From a virus (Duplodnaviria; Heunggongvirae; Uroviricota; Caudoviricetes): 46,624 nt of DNA. Under the pieces are notes generated by a model. The model was not told the origin of the DNA. It saw nothing but the letters and a program-made list of their open reading frames with translations, and searched no databases. Location of the stretch: IMG/VR virus record IMGVR_UViG_3300029858_000359; one strand, given 5' to 3'. Shown in pieces: positions 1-9,638 of this stretch. Numbering within the stretch: the stretch's first letter is position 1; every line of letters begins with the position of its first letter. The position numbers were made by a program, and so were the translations under genes.

Positions 1-483
1 ATGACGAAGAAAAAAGCACATAAACCTGGTTCAGCGACCATCGCGCTTAACAAGCGCGCCCGTCACGAATACTTTATCGAAGAAGAGTTCGAAGCGGGAC
101 TTGCCCTGCAAGGCTGGGAGGTTAAATCCCTGCGCGCAGGAAAAGCCAATATCAGCGACAGCTACGTCCTTCTGCGTGACGGAGAGGCATTTCTGTTTGG
201 CGCTAACATCACGCCAATGGCCGTGGCCTCCACGCATGTGGTGTGCGATCCTACCCGTACCCGCAAGTTACTTCTCAACCAGCGCGAACTGGACTCATTG
301 TACGGTCGCGTCAATCGAGAAGGCTATACCGTAGTGGCGCTCTCCCTGTACTGGAAAAATGCCTGGTGCAAAGTGAAAATCGGCGTCGCCAAAGGTAAAA
401 AACAGCACGATAAACGTTCAGATATCAAAGAACGCGAATGGCAGGTGGATAAAGCACGTATCATGAAAAACGCCCACCGTTAA
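1..483 (+). CDS. smpB: SsrA-binding protein SmpB
   Basis: 160-aa ORF recognised as enterobacterial SmpB along its whole length; sits directly upstream of the tmRNA gene as in E. coli. Confidence 0.95.
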
Positions 484-697
484 ACCTGCACTCCAATTAT
501 TGACCAGTTCCTCACCGCGCCTCCCTCTCCGGCGGCGCGAATGAACATCTTATTGGCTATCACATCCGACACAAATGTTGCCATCCCATTGCTTAATCGA
601 ATAAAAATCAGGCTACATGGGTGCTAAATCTTTAACGATAACGCCATTGAGGCTGGTCATGGCGCTCATAAATCTGGTATACTTACCTTTACACATT

Positions 698-1060
698 GGG
701 GCTGATTCTGGATTCGACGGGATTTGCGAAACCCAAGGTGCATGCCGAGGGGCGGTTGGCCTCGTAAAAAGCCGCAAAAAATAGTCGCAAACGACGAAAA
801 CTACGCTTTAGCAGCTTAATAACCTGCTTAGAGCCCTCTCTCCCTAGCCTCCGCTCTTAGGACGGGGATCAAGAGAGGTCAAACCCAAAAGAGATCGCGT
901 GGAAGCCCTGCCTGGGGTTGAAGCGTTAAAACTTAATCAGGCTAGTTTGTTAGTGGCGTGTCCGTCCGCAGCTGGCAAGCGAATGTAAAGACTGACTAAG
1001 CATGTAGTACCGAGGATGTAGGAATTTCGGACGCGGGTTCAACTCCCGCCAGCTCCACCA
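698..1060 (+). ncRNA. ssrA: tmRNA (SsrA), about 363 nt
   Basis: Starts GGGGCTGATTCTGGATTCGACGGG, contains the tag-encoding stretch GCAAACGACGAAAACTACGCTTTAGCAGCTTAA, ends with tRNA-like arm GGGTTCAACTCCCGCCAGCTCCACCA. Confidence 0.95.
1028..1060. repeat. attL: ssrA 3'-end copy of the 33-bp direct repeat (partner at 41202-41234)
   Basis: CGGACGCGGGTTCAACTCCCGCCAGCTCCACCA recurs at 41202-41234 with one mismatch. Confidence 0.85.
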
Positions 1061-1190
1061 ATCATGATTGGACGGTGTAAGGACAACACCAACAAAAACA
1101 GGAAGTTAGCAGTCTCAGCAGGACACCGACCAGACGGTGAGGAGACAAAAAAGGATACGCAAAGGAGCCGCGGCTCTCAAGTGTGAAAGA

Positions 1191-1216
1191 AGCCCGCAAA
1201 TTGCGGGCTTTTTTAT
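1191..1216 (+). terminator. Rho-independent terminator
   Basis: AGCCCGCAAATTGCGGGCT hairpin followed by TTTTTT. Confidence 0.6.
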
Positions 1217-1269
1217 TGATCAGTCAACAATAAACAGTAACCGAATGAGAATTTAATAAGGATATTCAT

Positions 1270-2301
1270 ATGGAAGCTACTGTGGATTCGATTGATTTTC
1301 TGATCCGTAGTGAAGATGATTTTCTAAACTTTCTGGAAGAAATGAAAGCCCGAGAGGGGCTTGATTCTAAAGAGTTTATTTTCCCTAACGTAAAGTTTGC
1401 AGGCTGGCCATCCTTAGACATAAATGTTAAAGGAGAGCGGTATCATTCATCAATTACATCAGCAATGTTGTTTGGTATGTCAATGCTCAACGAGGAGATA
1501 CAGCGGGCGTTTGCAACCATACGATACGGATCGCAGAATCTTCAACGCTTGACTAATGAAGACAAGCAACGACTTGATATAAATTTTAAAATTAGCGAAG
1601 GTTCTAGTGATGCGGAAGGCACCACTGACAAGATCATCAACGCAGTAACTGATTTTTTGCGAGATACTATGTCTGGACTGAACGGCTGGCAGAAAATGCT
1701 TGTTATAATCACAATGGTTGGCGCGGCCAGCACATGTGGTTATCACTACATTTCAGAAAATGCCGTAACAGAAAGACATGCAACTGATCGGCAGGTTGAA
1801 ATTGCGAAAACCACATCCGATGGCATAAACAAAGCCATAGAAGCAACATTAGATTATAAAATCTATGGGAAATCAGCGATTAGCGATAAAGTTACTAGTC
1901 ACGGACAAGCAGGTAAAAGTGCTTTAGTGAAGCAATTAGCTGCTGATCCTACTGTCGAAACCGTGACTTTAGGAAATGAGAAACTAACACGACAAGACCT
2001 AAATACCTACAACAGCCGACAATCTGTAGATAGAGAACGTAAAGAACGAACTGATATATTTTCCATCAAAGGTGTAACCAGAACAGGGCCAACAAATCAG
2101 GATATTAATATTAACGTTGTTAGGGTCTCTAATGACGAATGCTTCACAATCAAAGCTTCAGCTGATGTTATCACCCAAGATGAGTTGACAGCTATTGTTG
2201 ACGCTTTGTCAAACAACTCTCATATTAAAATCAGTTACTTAGAGGTAATTGAAAAGGGTGCTGTTTCTATAGGTCAGTTCAACACTATTGTTTCAGAATA
2301 A
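1270..2301 (+). CDS. Hypothetical protein, 343 aa, one central hydrophobic helix (prophage-end cargo)
   Basis: Long ORF in AT-rich DNA with upstream TAAGGA ribosome-binding site; hydrophobic stretch WQKMLVIITMVGAASTCGYHYI; no family recognised. Confidence 0.6.
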   Translation: MEATVDSIDFLIRSEDDFLNFLEEMKAREGLDSKEFIFPNVKFAGWPSLDINVKGERYHSSITSAMLFGMSMLNEEIQRAFATIRYGSQNLQRLTNEDKQRLDINFKISEGSSDAEGTTDKIINAVTDFLRDTMSGLNGWQKMLVIITMVGAASTCGYHYISENAVTERHATDRQVEIAKTTSDGINKAIEATLDYKIYGKSAISDKVTSHGQAGKSALVKQLAADPTVETVTLGNEKLTRQDLNTYNSRQSVDRERKERTDIFSIKGVTRTGPTNQDININVVRVSNDECFTIKASADVITQDELTAIVDALSNNSHIKISYLEVIEKGAVSIGQFNTIVSE

Positions 2302-2352
2302 TCACTTAACCCCATTTATGTAGGTTGAGGTTATAAGTCACGGAGACCAGAT

Positions 2353-2697
2353 ATGTCCTTAAAGTATGCACATGAAAAATTTCATACTGCAGTACTTACT
2401 CTTGCGGGCCATGGAAGTATTCAAGAACGCTTGATTAATTCGTATGTTTTTAGCCTTGGGCATCTTAAAACAGCCGATGATATTCCAAATGCCTTACAAA
2501 GCAGGTTCGATGAATTATGTAAGGAACTGACTAAGTTTGATGCCACTGGCGATGAGGGGCGAGTTCAAGCAACAGTATCAAAACTTAACGATTTCGAGAT
2601 CAATAAACTGATCGAAGATATTGTCAGTCTTAACGATGATATTTGCATGAAATTGGCTCTGACGGATGAGACTTACCAAGACATACACCAAAGTTAA
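2353..2697 (+). CDS. Hypothetical protein, 114 aa
   Basis: ORF with GGAG ribosome-binding site 8 nt upstream; follows 1270-2301 after a 51-nt gap and ends at a terminator. Confidence 0.55.
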   Translation: MSLKYAHEKFHTAVLTLAGHGSIQERLINSYVFSLGHLKTADDIPNALQSRFDELCKELTKFDATGDEGRVQATVSKLNDFEINKLIEDIVSLNDDICMKLALTDETYQDIHQS

Positions 2698-2724
2698 TTG
2701 ATTAAATTCAAAAAGTTAACGTTC

Positions 2725-2750
2725 AACCAGCCAGTTTTTGGCTGGTTTAT
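2725..2750. terminator. Bidirectional rho-independent terminator between convergent genes
   Basis: AACCAGCCAGTTTTTGGCTGGTT hairpin with flanking T and A runs. Confidence 0.6.
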
Positions 2751-2781
2751 TGTCTTATAATATTCTTGCTCGAATGATGCA

Positions 2782-2994
2782 CTATTTATGATGTAATCCG
2801 GACATCAGTTCATGGACAAGATTATCTCTTTCATTGTGTTGCAACCGTAAATGCATAGCAAAAAGGTGAGCACTATCCTCATTCCTCTTCAAGCCATGCT
2901 GTTCAAGATACCCGAAAAAACGGCTTCTCTTATCCGCTATTTCCTGAGTCTGACGTGCAACATTTACCAAATTTTCTAGCGTTTTTCTTGGCAT
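2782..2994 (-). CDS. Hypothetical small protein, 70 aa
   Basis: ORF preceded by a strong AGGAGG ribosome-binding site (reverse complement of 2998-3003); no family recognised. Confidence 0.55.
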   Translation of the reverse strand: MPRKTLENLVNVARQTQEIADKRSRFFGYLEQHGLKRNEDSAHLFAMHLRLQHNERDNLVHELMSGLHHK

Positions 2995-3192
2995 ACTATT
3001 TCCTCCTGAAATTGTTGTAATTCACTAGGATATTCATTTTAATTTGTATCATTTAGTACCAAAACCGCTATCAATTAACAAAGCCATCGTTGTGGTTTAC
3101 CTTGCAGCCGTTTTTTGTCATTGACTCTATGTGAAAATAATGAATCATCATGAGATTGGCTCACACGTTCTTGAATTCGACGAGCTGTGTCT

Positions 3193-3747
3193 TTATTTAT
3201 CTCCTGCCGGAAACCTCTGATACAAAGTCGATACGCCAACATCATAGATAATCGCAACTTTCTGGCGCGGAACTCCTGATGCAATTAATCGTCCGGCTTG
3301 TGCCCATTGTTCTGGTGTAAGTTTGGGACGACGTCCACCAATTCGTCCCTGTGCGCGAGCAGCTTCCAGTCCAGCTTTTGTTCGTTCAACAATCAGTTCT
3401 CGTTCCATTTCAGCCAGGGCCCCCATCACATGAAAGAAAAAGCGCCCCATTGGGGTACTGGTATCAATTGAATCCGTCAGACTACGAAAGTTGATGCCTC
3501 GTTCGCGCAACTCCTCCACCAGCACGACAAGATGCCGCATACTGCGCCCCAGTCGGTCCAGTTTCCAGACCACCAGCGTATCACCTGCCGATAATGTCCT
3601 GAGCAGTTTTTTCAGTCCCGGCCTTTCGGACTTTGTACCGCTTATCTTGTCTTCAAAAATCAGCTCGCATCCTGCACAGTTCAGCGCATTACGTTGTAGA
3701 TCTGTGTTCTGGTCATTTGTTGACACACGTACATAGCCAATAAGCAT
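3193..3747 (-). CDS. Site-specific DNA invertase, serine recombinase of the Pin/Gin/Hin/Cin family
   Basis: N-terminus MLIGYVRVSTNDQNTDLQ with catalytic serine motif, C-terminal helix-turn-helix; start set at the second ATG, which has a GGGAGA ribosome-binding site; adjacent to the invertible tail-fibre segment. Confidence 0.9.
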   Translation of the reverse strand: MLIGYVRVSTNDQNTDLQRNALNCAGCELIFEDKISGTKSERPGLKKLLRTLSAGDTLVVWKLDRLGRSMRHLVVLVEELRERGINFRSLTDSIDTSTPMGRFFFHVMGALAEMERELIVERTKAGLEAARAQGRIGGRRPKLTPEQWAQAGRLIASGVPRQKVAIIYDVGVSTLYQRFPAGDK

Positions 3748-3773
3748 GGTAGATCTCCCTGACAAAAGCAGGA

Positions 3774-4307
3774 ATGATGCCATTTGCTCGTTATTTCTGC
3801 ATTTTCATAAACCTTGGTTTGGGAGAAGGCTCAGCATTACCCGGTGGTGTGCCTGTTCCGTGGCCTTCAGCCACTCCGCCAACAGGCTGGCTGAAATGCA
3901 ACGGAGCAGCTTTTTCTGCTGAAGAATACCCGGAACTGGCAAAGGCTTATCCGACAAATAAATTACCTGATTTACGCGGTGAGTTTATTCGTGGCTGGGA
4001 TGACGGACGTGGAGTGGATAACGGAAGGGGATTATTAACGCTTCAGGACGGTGCGATTGTCAGTCATAACCACTATTGGGGAATCTGGACTTCACGAACT
4101 AACGACCAGACTCTGGGAAGTTTTACAGGCACCACGATTTTAAAACAAATCACGCCCCTGTCTCCGGCCATTGACTTCGATAATTACCCAATTCCCAACC
4201 CGGCTATTACAGAGGGTGGTGTTGTTGCGGCAACGACTAAACCTGCAGGTGCGAATGAAACACGCCCACGAAATGTCGCTTTTAACTATATTGTGAGGGC
4301 TGCATAA
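3774..4307 (+). CDS. Alternative tail-fibre C-terminal variable segment, currently not joined to the constant N-terminus (functional part begins at the crossover site near 3813)
   Basis: Contains the conserved tail-fibre motif PWPSATPPTGWLKCNGAAFSAEEYPELAKAYP; reading frame passes through the crossover site (encodes NLGLGE). Confidence 0.75.
   Translation: MMPFARYFCIFINLGLGEGSALPGGVPVPWPSATPPTGWLKCNGAAFSAEEYPELAKAYPTNKLPDLRGEFIRGWDDGRGVDNGRGLLTLQDGAIVSHNHYWGIWTSRTNDQTLGSFTGTTILKQITPLSPAIDFDNYPIPNPAITEGGVVAATTKPAGANETRPRNVAFNYIVRAA
3802..3827. repeat. Invertase crossover site, left end of invertible segment
   Basis: TTTTCATAAACCTTGGTTTGGGAGAA; inverted partner at 5660-5685 shares a 19-bp core AAACCTTGGTTTGGGAGAA; resembles gix/hix sites. 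Confidence 0.8.
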
Positions 4308-4909
4308 TGAATAACGCAGAATTAAACAGTGAATTAATTGCCACTATGGCAGGAGAAATTACTGTTTATAACTTTGACGTCATGAGTCGGGAGTATATTT
4401 CAGCTTCAACTGAATATCTTGCTGTTGGTGTCGGCATTCCGGCATATTCCTGTTTAGATGCTCCAGGCACCTACAAAGCTGGTTATGCAATCTGCCGCTC
4501 TGCAGATTTTAACTCATGGGAATATGTACCAGACCATCGCGGTGAAATCGTCTATAACACCGAAACGGGAGACGCCAAAGAAATCACAACTCCGGGTGAT
4601 TACCCCGAAAAAACAACCACTATCGCCCCGTTAACGCCATACGATAAATGGGATGGTGAGAAATGGGTGACGGATACTGAGACACAGCATAGCGCCGCAG
4701 TAGACGCGGCAGAAGCACAACGTCAGTCACTGATTGATACTGCAATGGCTTCCATTAGTCTGATTCAACTGAAATTGCAGGCCGGGCGGAAGCTGATGCA
4801 GGCAGAGACCACCCGACTTAACACTGTGCTGGATTACATTGACGCGGTGACGGCAACAGATACCAGTACCGCGCCGGATGTCATCTGGCCTGAACTGCCG
4901 GAGGAGTAG
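4307..4909 (+). CDS. Tail fibre assembly protein (partner of the alternative fibre segment)
   Basis: 200-aa ORF directly after the fibre segment; C-terminus LDYIDAVTATDTSTAPDVIWPELPE typical of Tfa proteins. Confidence 0.8.
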   Translation: MNNAELNSELIATMAGEITVYNFDVMSREYISASTEYLAVGVGIPAYSCLDAPGTYKAGYAICRSADFNSWEYVPDHRGEIVYNTETGDAKEITTPGDYPEKTTTIAPLTPYDKWDGEKWVTDTETQHSAAVDAAEAQRQSLIDTAMASISLIQLKLQAGRKLMQAETTRLNTVLDYIDAVTATDTSTAPDVIWPELPEE

Positions 4910-5312
4910 GCCATTCAATATCTGGCGCACTGGAAGTATCGACCAGTTCCAGTGCGTCCAGATAATCCAGCCACAAATTATATTGCGCCAGTTCCTCACC
5001 TTTCAGACGACCAATCGCCGCTTTACCAGGCCATTGTTTACTGTTCATGTATTCGTTGGCCTGATTAACTAATCGCTGTTTATTTGATTCAGCGATTGAG
5101 ATTAATTCTTCGCTGGTAAGTGGTGGCGCATCCTGCCATGCTGGAAAACCATTTTTATCTGAACCAAGTATTTTACCATCAGGCCATGCAACTCCTGCGA
5201 ACTCAGAATAAATAGTAAAGTTTATTTTCGTAGCGTTCTCAGGAATGGTTTGGCTATCTGGTGAAATATAAAATCCCGAATCAGAGGGATTAAAATAATA
5301 TGTCTTTTCCAT
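4881..5312 (-). CDS. Tail fibre assembly protein (partner of the currently expressed fibre)
   Basis: 143-aa ORF; C-terminus LWLDYLDALELVDTSSAPDIEWPTPP, Tfa-like. Confidence 0.8.
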   Translation of the reverse strand: MEKTYYFNPSDSGFYISPDSQTIPENATKINFTIYSEFAGVAWPDGKILGSDKNGFPAWQDAPPLTSEELISIAESNKQRLVNQANEYMNSKQWPGKAAIGRLKGEELAQYNLWLDYLDALELVDTSSAPDIEWPTPPAVQAR

Positions 5313-5314
5313 AG

Positions 5315-5962
5315 TTAATACCCCACAGCCATCCAGTAAATTGAATTTGTTGTAGCAGAAGTGTAAGTAAATCTGATTTTAGTTCTGTTGGTACTTCCAA
5401 TATCAAAGCCCACAGAACGGGCAGAAGGATCATTAGTTGAAATAAGAGCGTTTACCGAACGACAAGCAGCAGGGAAAGCTACAGGTAATGTTATATCAAC
5501 TGTTCCAACACTTCCTCCGGTTGGTGAGACAGAAAAACTCCCCCATTGAATAATCATCCCCCCAGGTAATTTCTGGTATCCATTGGCGGTCAATGAGTTA
5601 CCAAAGCTGTTCATATCCGGTACCTGATTTTCTCCTGTCCCCACATTCCTCTTTGCCGCTTCTCCCAAACCAAGGTTTTCGAGAGCTGTTTTCACCGTGC
5701 CATCCGATTTGATATCGCCAAACGGATTCTTGCGGCTTAACAGCAGCGCACGAAGCGCGGTAAGCAGCTGGTCATGCCGCCCCTTCTCCAGGCTGGCACC
5801 GGATGCCTCCACAACGCTGCAAAGCTCCTCCTGCAACATGTCAAAGTAGTCATCATCCAGATCGGTGGCAGGCGTGCCGGTCTGGGGGTTACCACGGGTA
5901 AAACCGTTCTTACCCGCGCCGAACTTATCCTTCTGCGCGGTTTTCGTGTCTATACGATGCAT
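5315..5962 (-). CDS. Tail fibre protein: constant N-terminus (about 5686-5962) fused to the currently oriented variable C-terminus
   Basis: 215-aa ORF crossing the right crossover site, which encodes ALENLGLGE. Confidence 0.75.
   Translation of the reverse strand: MHRIDTKTAQKDKFGAGKNGFTRGNPQTGTPATDLDDDYFDMLQEELCSVVEASGASLEKGRHDQLLTALRALLLSRKNPFGDIKSDGTVKTALENLGLGEAAKRNVGTGENQVPDMNSFGNSLTANGYQKLPGGMIIQWGSFSVSPTGGSVGTVDITLPVAFPAACRSVNALISTNDPSARSVGFDIGSTNRTKIRFTYTSATTNSIYWMAVGY
5660..5685. repeat. Invertase crossover site, right end of invertible segment
   Basis: TTCTCCCAAACCAAGGTTTTCGAGAG, inverted repeat of the site at 3802-3827. Confidence 0.8.
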
Positions 5963-5965
5963 GGA

Positions 5966-6550
5966 TTACTCCGGATATTTAAAAATCACATAGGTATGCG
6001 ACGGGCAGAGTTTGTTAAGAACACACTCGACAACGGTGTCCCCCCAGAAGCGCAGCGCGGAATCACAGGGATCGCCACATGTCATCCAGGTGGTGTTGGT
6101 GGCGGCTGGCATGTTGACCTGCCAGTAATACCGCCATTCAGGCGCATTCACCGCGTCAGTACAGGCCGATGAGCAGGTGAACGTGCTTTTGTCGTATCGC
6201 GTGATGTTGGCATCCGGTCTGCCCAGGGCAGCAAGCTGTGCAAGATAAAAATTCTCGTTGATGCCGCCCGCCAGGTTAACCTTCGCATCCAGCCGTTGCT
6301 GACGCTGGCGAAGGGTCTGTGTCCCTGTAGGAATACATTCATCCGGCAGGCCGCACAGACGCTCCCAGCGATTTATCAGTTCGGTGGTGGTGCGCGGATC
6401 CAGCTCCCGCATCAGGGCATCCGCACGCTGATGAACGCGGGTTAATGACGGTGCCGCACCGGCAATCGCCGGATCGCTGGCTGACCACGCCGGACCGGGC
6501 GGCAACAGTGCTGACAACAGACGGATGTAATCATCGTTTGTCACGTCCAT
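5966..6550 (-). CDS. Phage tail protein, DUF2313 / Mu gp48-like
   Basis: 194-aa ORF between baseplate J and tail fibre; sequence reminiscent of YmfQ/gp48 family. Confidence 0.6.
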   Translation of the reverse strand: MDVTNDDYIRLLSALLPPGPAWSASDPAIAGAAPSLTRVHQRADALMRELDPRTTTELINRWERLCGLPDECIPTGTQTLRQRQQRLDAKVNLAGGINENFYLAQLAALGRPDANITRYDKSTFTCSSACTDAVNAPEWRYYWQVNMPAATNTTWMTCGDPCDSALRFWGDTVVECVLNKLCPSHTYVIFKYPE

Positions 6551-7599
6551 GAAATCGCCCCCAGAACCGCCAGTTCATTTTTCGCAATGGTGATATTGTC
6601 CGCCGGTGCAAGCAACTGATGGCTGTATTCCCCGTTCGCACCGGAAATCGCTTCACTGATACGTGACACCTTCAGTTCTCCCTGCGGATAACCATCACGC
6701 AGCAGGAACGAACGCAACTCCGCGGTGATGGCAGCCCGTATTTCCGGTGTGTCCGGCGTCACACGGATATGAAAATCCACCGTATGTGCCACCGGCCTGA
6801 ACACATACAAATCAGAGCCTGCCACCGGGGCCAGTGGCCCGATATGTTGTCTTGCCGCCGTTTCCGTTGATTCTTCCGGAATGGGATTAATCAGGTCACT
6901 GCTGGCAATCATCACACCGACAGTCCCCGTTCCCATCCAGTGTCGGTATGTCCATGCGCGGGTAATGCCAGGCACTTCTTTAGCCCAGACGACATAGTCC
7001 CCGTCAGCCCCGCCCTGCGGCGTCCAGTAATACCGCTCAATGACGCGGGCGCGCCACGTTTCCAGCTCTTCAGTATCAAATCCGCCTGTCAGGGTGTCAG
7101 CCACACCGGAAGACGGCAGACCATTCACCGGCGTGACCAGGATTAATGCCGTACCGTCGTCAGCGTTACCGACCGCACCTGCACTTGAGCAGGCGATCGG
7201 CACGCGCAGGACACCACCGGAGCTGATTGCATCGTCAGTTGTCGTGTACTGCACCAGGTCATCGCGCTGAATAACACTCCCGGCAGTCACCTTCAGGCCA
7301 TCGCTGACACCTTCCCAGCGCATATACCCGCTGGCAACCGTGGCTCCCTTGCGCGGGCACCGTTTCATCGCAGCATGTCGCCCCAGCCAGGACTCATCGC
7401 ACAGGTCAGGCAGCATGTTCATTGCCAGATAATCGATGTATCCGTAAACCGTATGCAGCGCCGCCGCATACACCTTTGCCCGCACGTCTTCATCCATGCG
7501 CCGGAGCGTGTCGCTGACGTCCAGCCTGGCGAATAAATCGTTACGGAGCATACTGATATTTTCTGCCAGCGTCGGGCGCTGAAATTCACTGTCCGCCAT
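6541..7599 (-). CDS. Baseplate J-like protein (Mu gp47-like)
   Basis: 352-aa ORF in conserved baseplate gene order. Confidence 0.7.
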   Translation of the reverse strand: MADSEFQRPTLAENISMLRNDLFARLDVSDTLRRMDEDVRAKVYAAALHTVYGYIDYLAMNMLPDLCDESWLGRHAAMKRCPRKGATVASGYMRWEGVSDGLKVTAGSVIQRDDLVQYTTTDDAISSGGVLRVPIACSSAGAVGNADDGTALILVTPVNGLPSSGVADTLTGGFDTEELETWRARVIERYYWTPQGGADGDYVVWAKEVPGITRAWTYRHWMGTGTVGVMIASSDLINPIPEESTETAARQHIGPLAPVAGSDLYVFRPVAHTVDFHIRVTPDTPEIRAAITAELRSFLLRDGYPQGELKVSRISEAISGANGEYSHQLLAPADNITIAKNELAVLGAISWT

Positions 7600-8014
7600 G
7601 CGTTATCGCACTCCACAGATCATCAAAAGAAATCATTACCGGTCCGTCACGACGCCAGAGGGTGATACTGTTACCCAGTTCATTAATCCCGGGGCGGCGG
7701 ATATCCAGATCAATACGGGACACCACGCCGTCATCAATCATCCATTGCAGGCATTCGCGGATATACCCCCTTACCGTCTGCACCAGCTGATTGGTCAGTT
7801 TGCAGCGCTGAAGCAGCCACAGTCGGGAGCCGTAACGGTCATTCTGTACCGCAGGCCAGGTATCCCCCCACCATCCCATCGGGACGTCGGCGTTGTCATC
7901 AGGCTCCGCCCGCCGCCAGGTAAACAGGGAAATCACCACGGCGCGGGTCAGCGGATCCAGCGGTGCGCTGGCACAGGTGCGTTTACCGTTCACCGTCAGC
8001 CACAGTTCCATCAT
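7586..8014 (-). CDS. Baseplate protein, Mu gp46-like
   Basis: 142-aa ORF, position and size. Confidence 0.55.
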   Translation of the reverse strand: MMELWLTVNGKRTCASAPLDPLTRAVVISLFTWRRAEPDDNADVPMGWWGDTWPAVQNDRYGSRLWLLQRCKLTNQLVQTVRGYIRECLQWMIDDGVVSRIDLDIRRPGINELGNSITLWRRDGPVMISFDDLWSAITHGGQ

Positions 8015-8559
8015 GCCTCCATCGCTTTATCAGGTTTGTCGGTGTTACTGCCCTGACCGTTCTCTCTGTGACGATGCCCGTTATAGGCAAGCCGCATCGC
8101 TGACATGGTGGTGCCGCCGGAGTCGCACAGGTCTTTCACCTGTCCTGTCACTTCCAGGTCCATTTCAAAACGTGCTTCAGGTGCATTGCGAAACGTGATC
8201 GTTTTACCTGCACCGTCCACCACGATCCCCTCCCGGGTCAGCGTCACGGACTGCCCCTGATCGTCATAGACAGCCACCTCACCCGTCTGCAGCCCTTTCA
8301 GGCGGTAACGCCGGTCCGACACCGTAACAACCACCGCATGAGAACGGTCACCATCCGGAAACAACACCACCGCTTCCGCACCGCTGTTTGCCCTTGCGGT
8401 AAAACCGTAGGGTTCAAGATGTTCAACCCCGGCTTTGGGTTCACCGGCAATCAGGGACACATCCACGGTCTGACATTTCGTGGCGGCACTGATGCTTTTC
8501 ACCACCGCCCGCCCAATCAGGCCGAGGAGTTGTCGCTGTATGGTTTCAATCGCCTTCAT
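8011..8559 (-). CDS. Baseplate assembly protein V (spike), Mu gp45-like
   Basis: 182-aa ORF; position in module. Confidence 0.6.
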   Translation of the reverse strand: MKAIETIQRQLLGLIGRAVVKSISAATKCQTVDVSLIAGEPKAGVEHLEPYGFTARANSGAEAVVLFPDGDRSHAVVVTVSDRRYRLKGLQTGEVAVYDDQGQSVTLTREGIVVDGAGKTITFRNAPEARFEMDLEVTGQVKDLCDSGGTTMSAMRLAYNGHRHRENGQGSNTDKPDKAMEA

Positions 8560-9638
8560 CAGAACGGGTCCTCCTGTACTCTGGCTTTTTTCTTTTTCCG
8601 CGCGCCGGGGGCTTCGGGTTCAGGCAGATAAGCATCAGGTGGGCCGACACGGATTTCCGTCAGGGTGCCATTCTGGTCCTGAGTAAACGTGACTTCCGAG
8701 ACAAGCAGTTCGGTATTGTCGAAACCACAGACCGGATCGAAGACAATCACCCGCTGGTTGGGCTGCCACAGCGTACCGTTACCCTGTCGCCAGCCCTGCA
8801 CCACATAGGTGGTTTCATCCGTCCGCGCCGCCCGTTGTCGGGCTTCAAAGTCAGCACGCGCAATACAGCCTGCCCCCGTAGCCTGCCCTGTCTGCCTGAT
8901 ATACATCGGACGATAACGGGCAATAAATGCATCCTCTGTGCGGGCCCGCAGCGCGGTGGTGGTGGCCTCACCGAAATCATCGTCGTTTCCGGCACGCTGC
9001 CCCGCCACCTGGTAAACTGAAAACCGCTCCCGGATACTCTTCTCCGTATCACAGGAAAGGATGTTTTCCCCAAGTACCAGCGCGGTATGTGCCCGCGTTG
9101 AGCCAATACCACCAATCACCAGCCTGCCGTGCGGGTCGTCATAAGCCAGCGCCTGCTGCTGACCGAGTATTTTGTTGATCACCTCGATCACCGTTTCACC
9201 GTGATCAGGCTGGACATCCGGAATAACACCCGACGGCGCATTGCTGTTCACCACCTCAATGCCGAAAGGCGCAGCAAGCGCCTGCGCAATCTGTACCAGC
9301 GATCGTCCGTTAAACTGTGTCGGTTCGGCTGCACAGTCAATCAGGTCAGCAGTCAGACTACGTCCGGCAATACCGGTGCTGACCGAACGGGCATCGTAAC
9401 GAACGGGGGTCGCCTCCACCCAGCCGGTGATCACCAGCTCATCACCAATCAGCACTTCCACTTTTGAACCATTTTTAATGCGCGGCTGAAGCGTGGTGAT
9501 ACCCTCATCACCCGGCCACTGGCGGGTGATCTCCACGCTGAAATCCCGCGCCAGCCGTTCAATACCGGCACCGATGCGCACCGATGTCCAGCCATTCCAC
9601 TCCCGGCCATTTACCCGTAGCGTGACATTGTCGTTCAT
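8559..9638 (-). CDS. Tail or baseplate hub protein, Mu P (gp44)-like
   Basis: 359-aa ORF following the DNA circulation protein gene. Confidence 0.55.
   Translation of the reverse strand: MNDNVTLRVNGREWNGWTSVRIGAGIERLARDFSVEITRQWPGDEGITTLQPRIKNGSKVEVLIGDELVITGWVEATPVRYDARSVSTGIAGRSLTADLIDCAAEPTQFNGRSLVQIAQALAAPFGIEVVNSNAPSGVIPDVQPDHGETVIEVINKILGQQQALAYDDPHGRLVIGGIGSTRAHTALVLGENILSCDTEKSIRERFSVYQVAGQRAGNDDDFGEATTTALRARTEDAFIARYRPMYIRQTGQATGAGCIARADFEARQRAARTDETTYVVQGWRQGNGTLWQPNQRVIVFDPVCGFDNTELLVSEVTFTQDQNGTLTEIRVGPPDAYLPEPEAPGARKKKKARVQEDPF

Larger units (their letters stand above)
3802..5685. other. Invertible tail-fibre segment (G-segment or P-region-like, about 1.9 kb)
   Basis: Bounded by inverted crossover sites; contains two divergent variable tail-fibre C-termini, each with its own assembly chaperone; invertase gene abuts the left end. 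Confidence 0.8.

Noticed and set aside
640-697. ssrA promoter assignment
   Set aside because: A TATACT -10-like hexamer is visible near 678-683 but I could not place a convincing -35 at proper spacing, so no promoter feature is reported.
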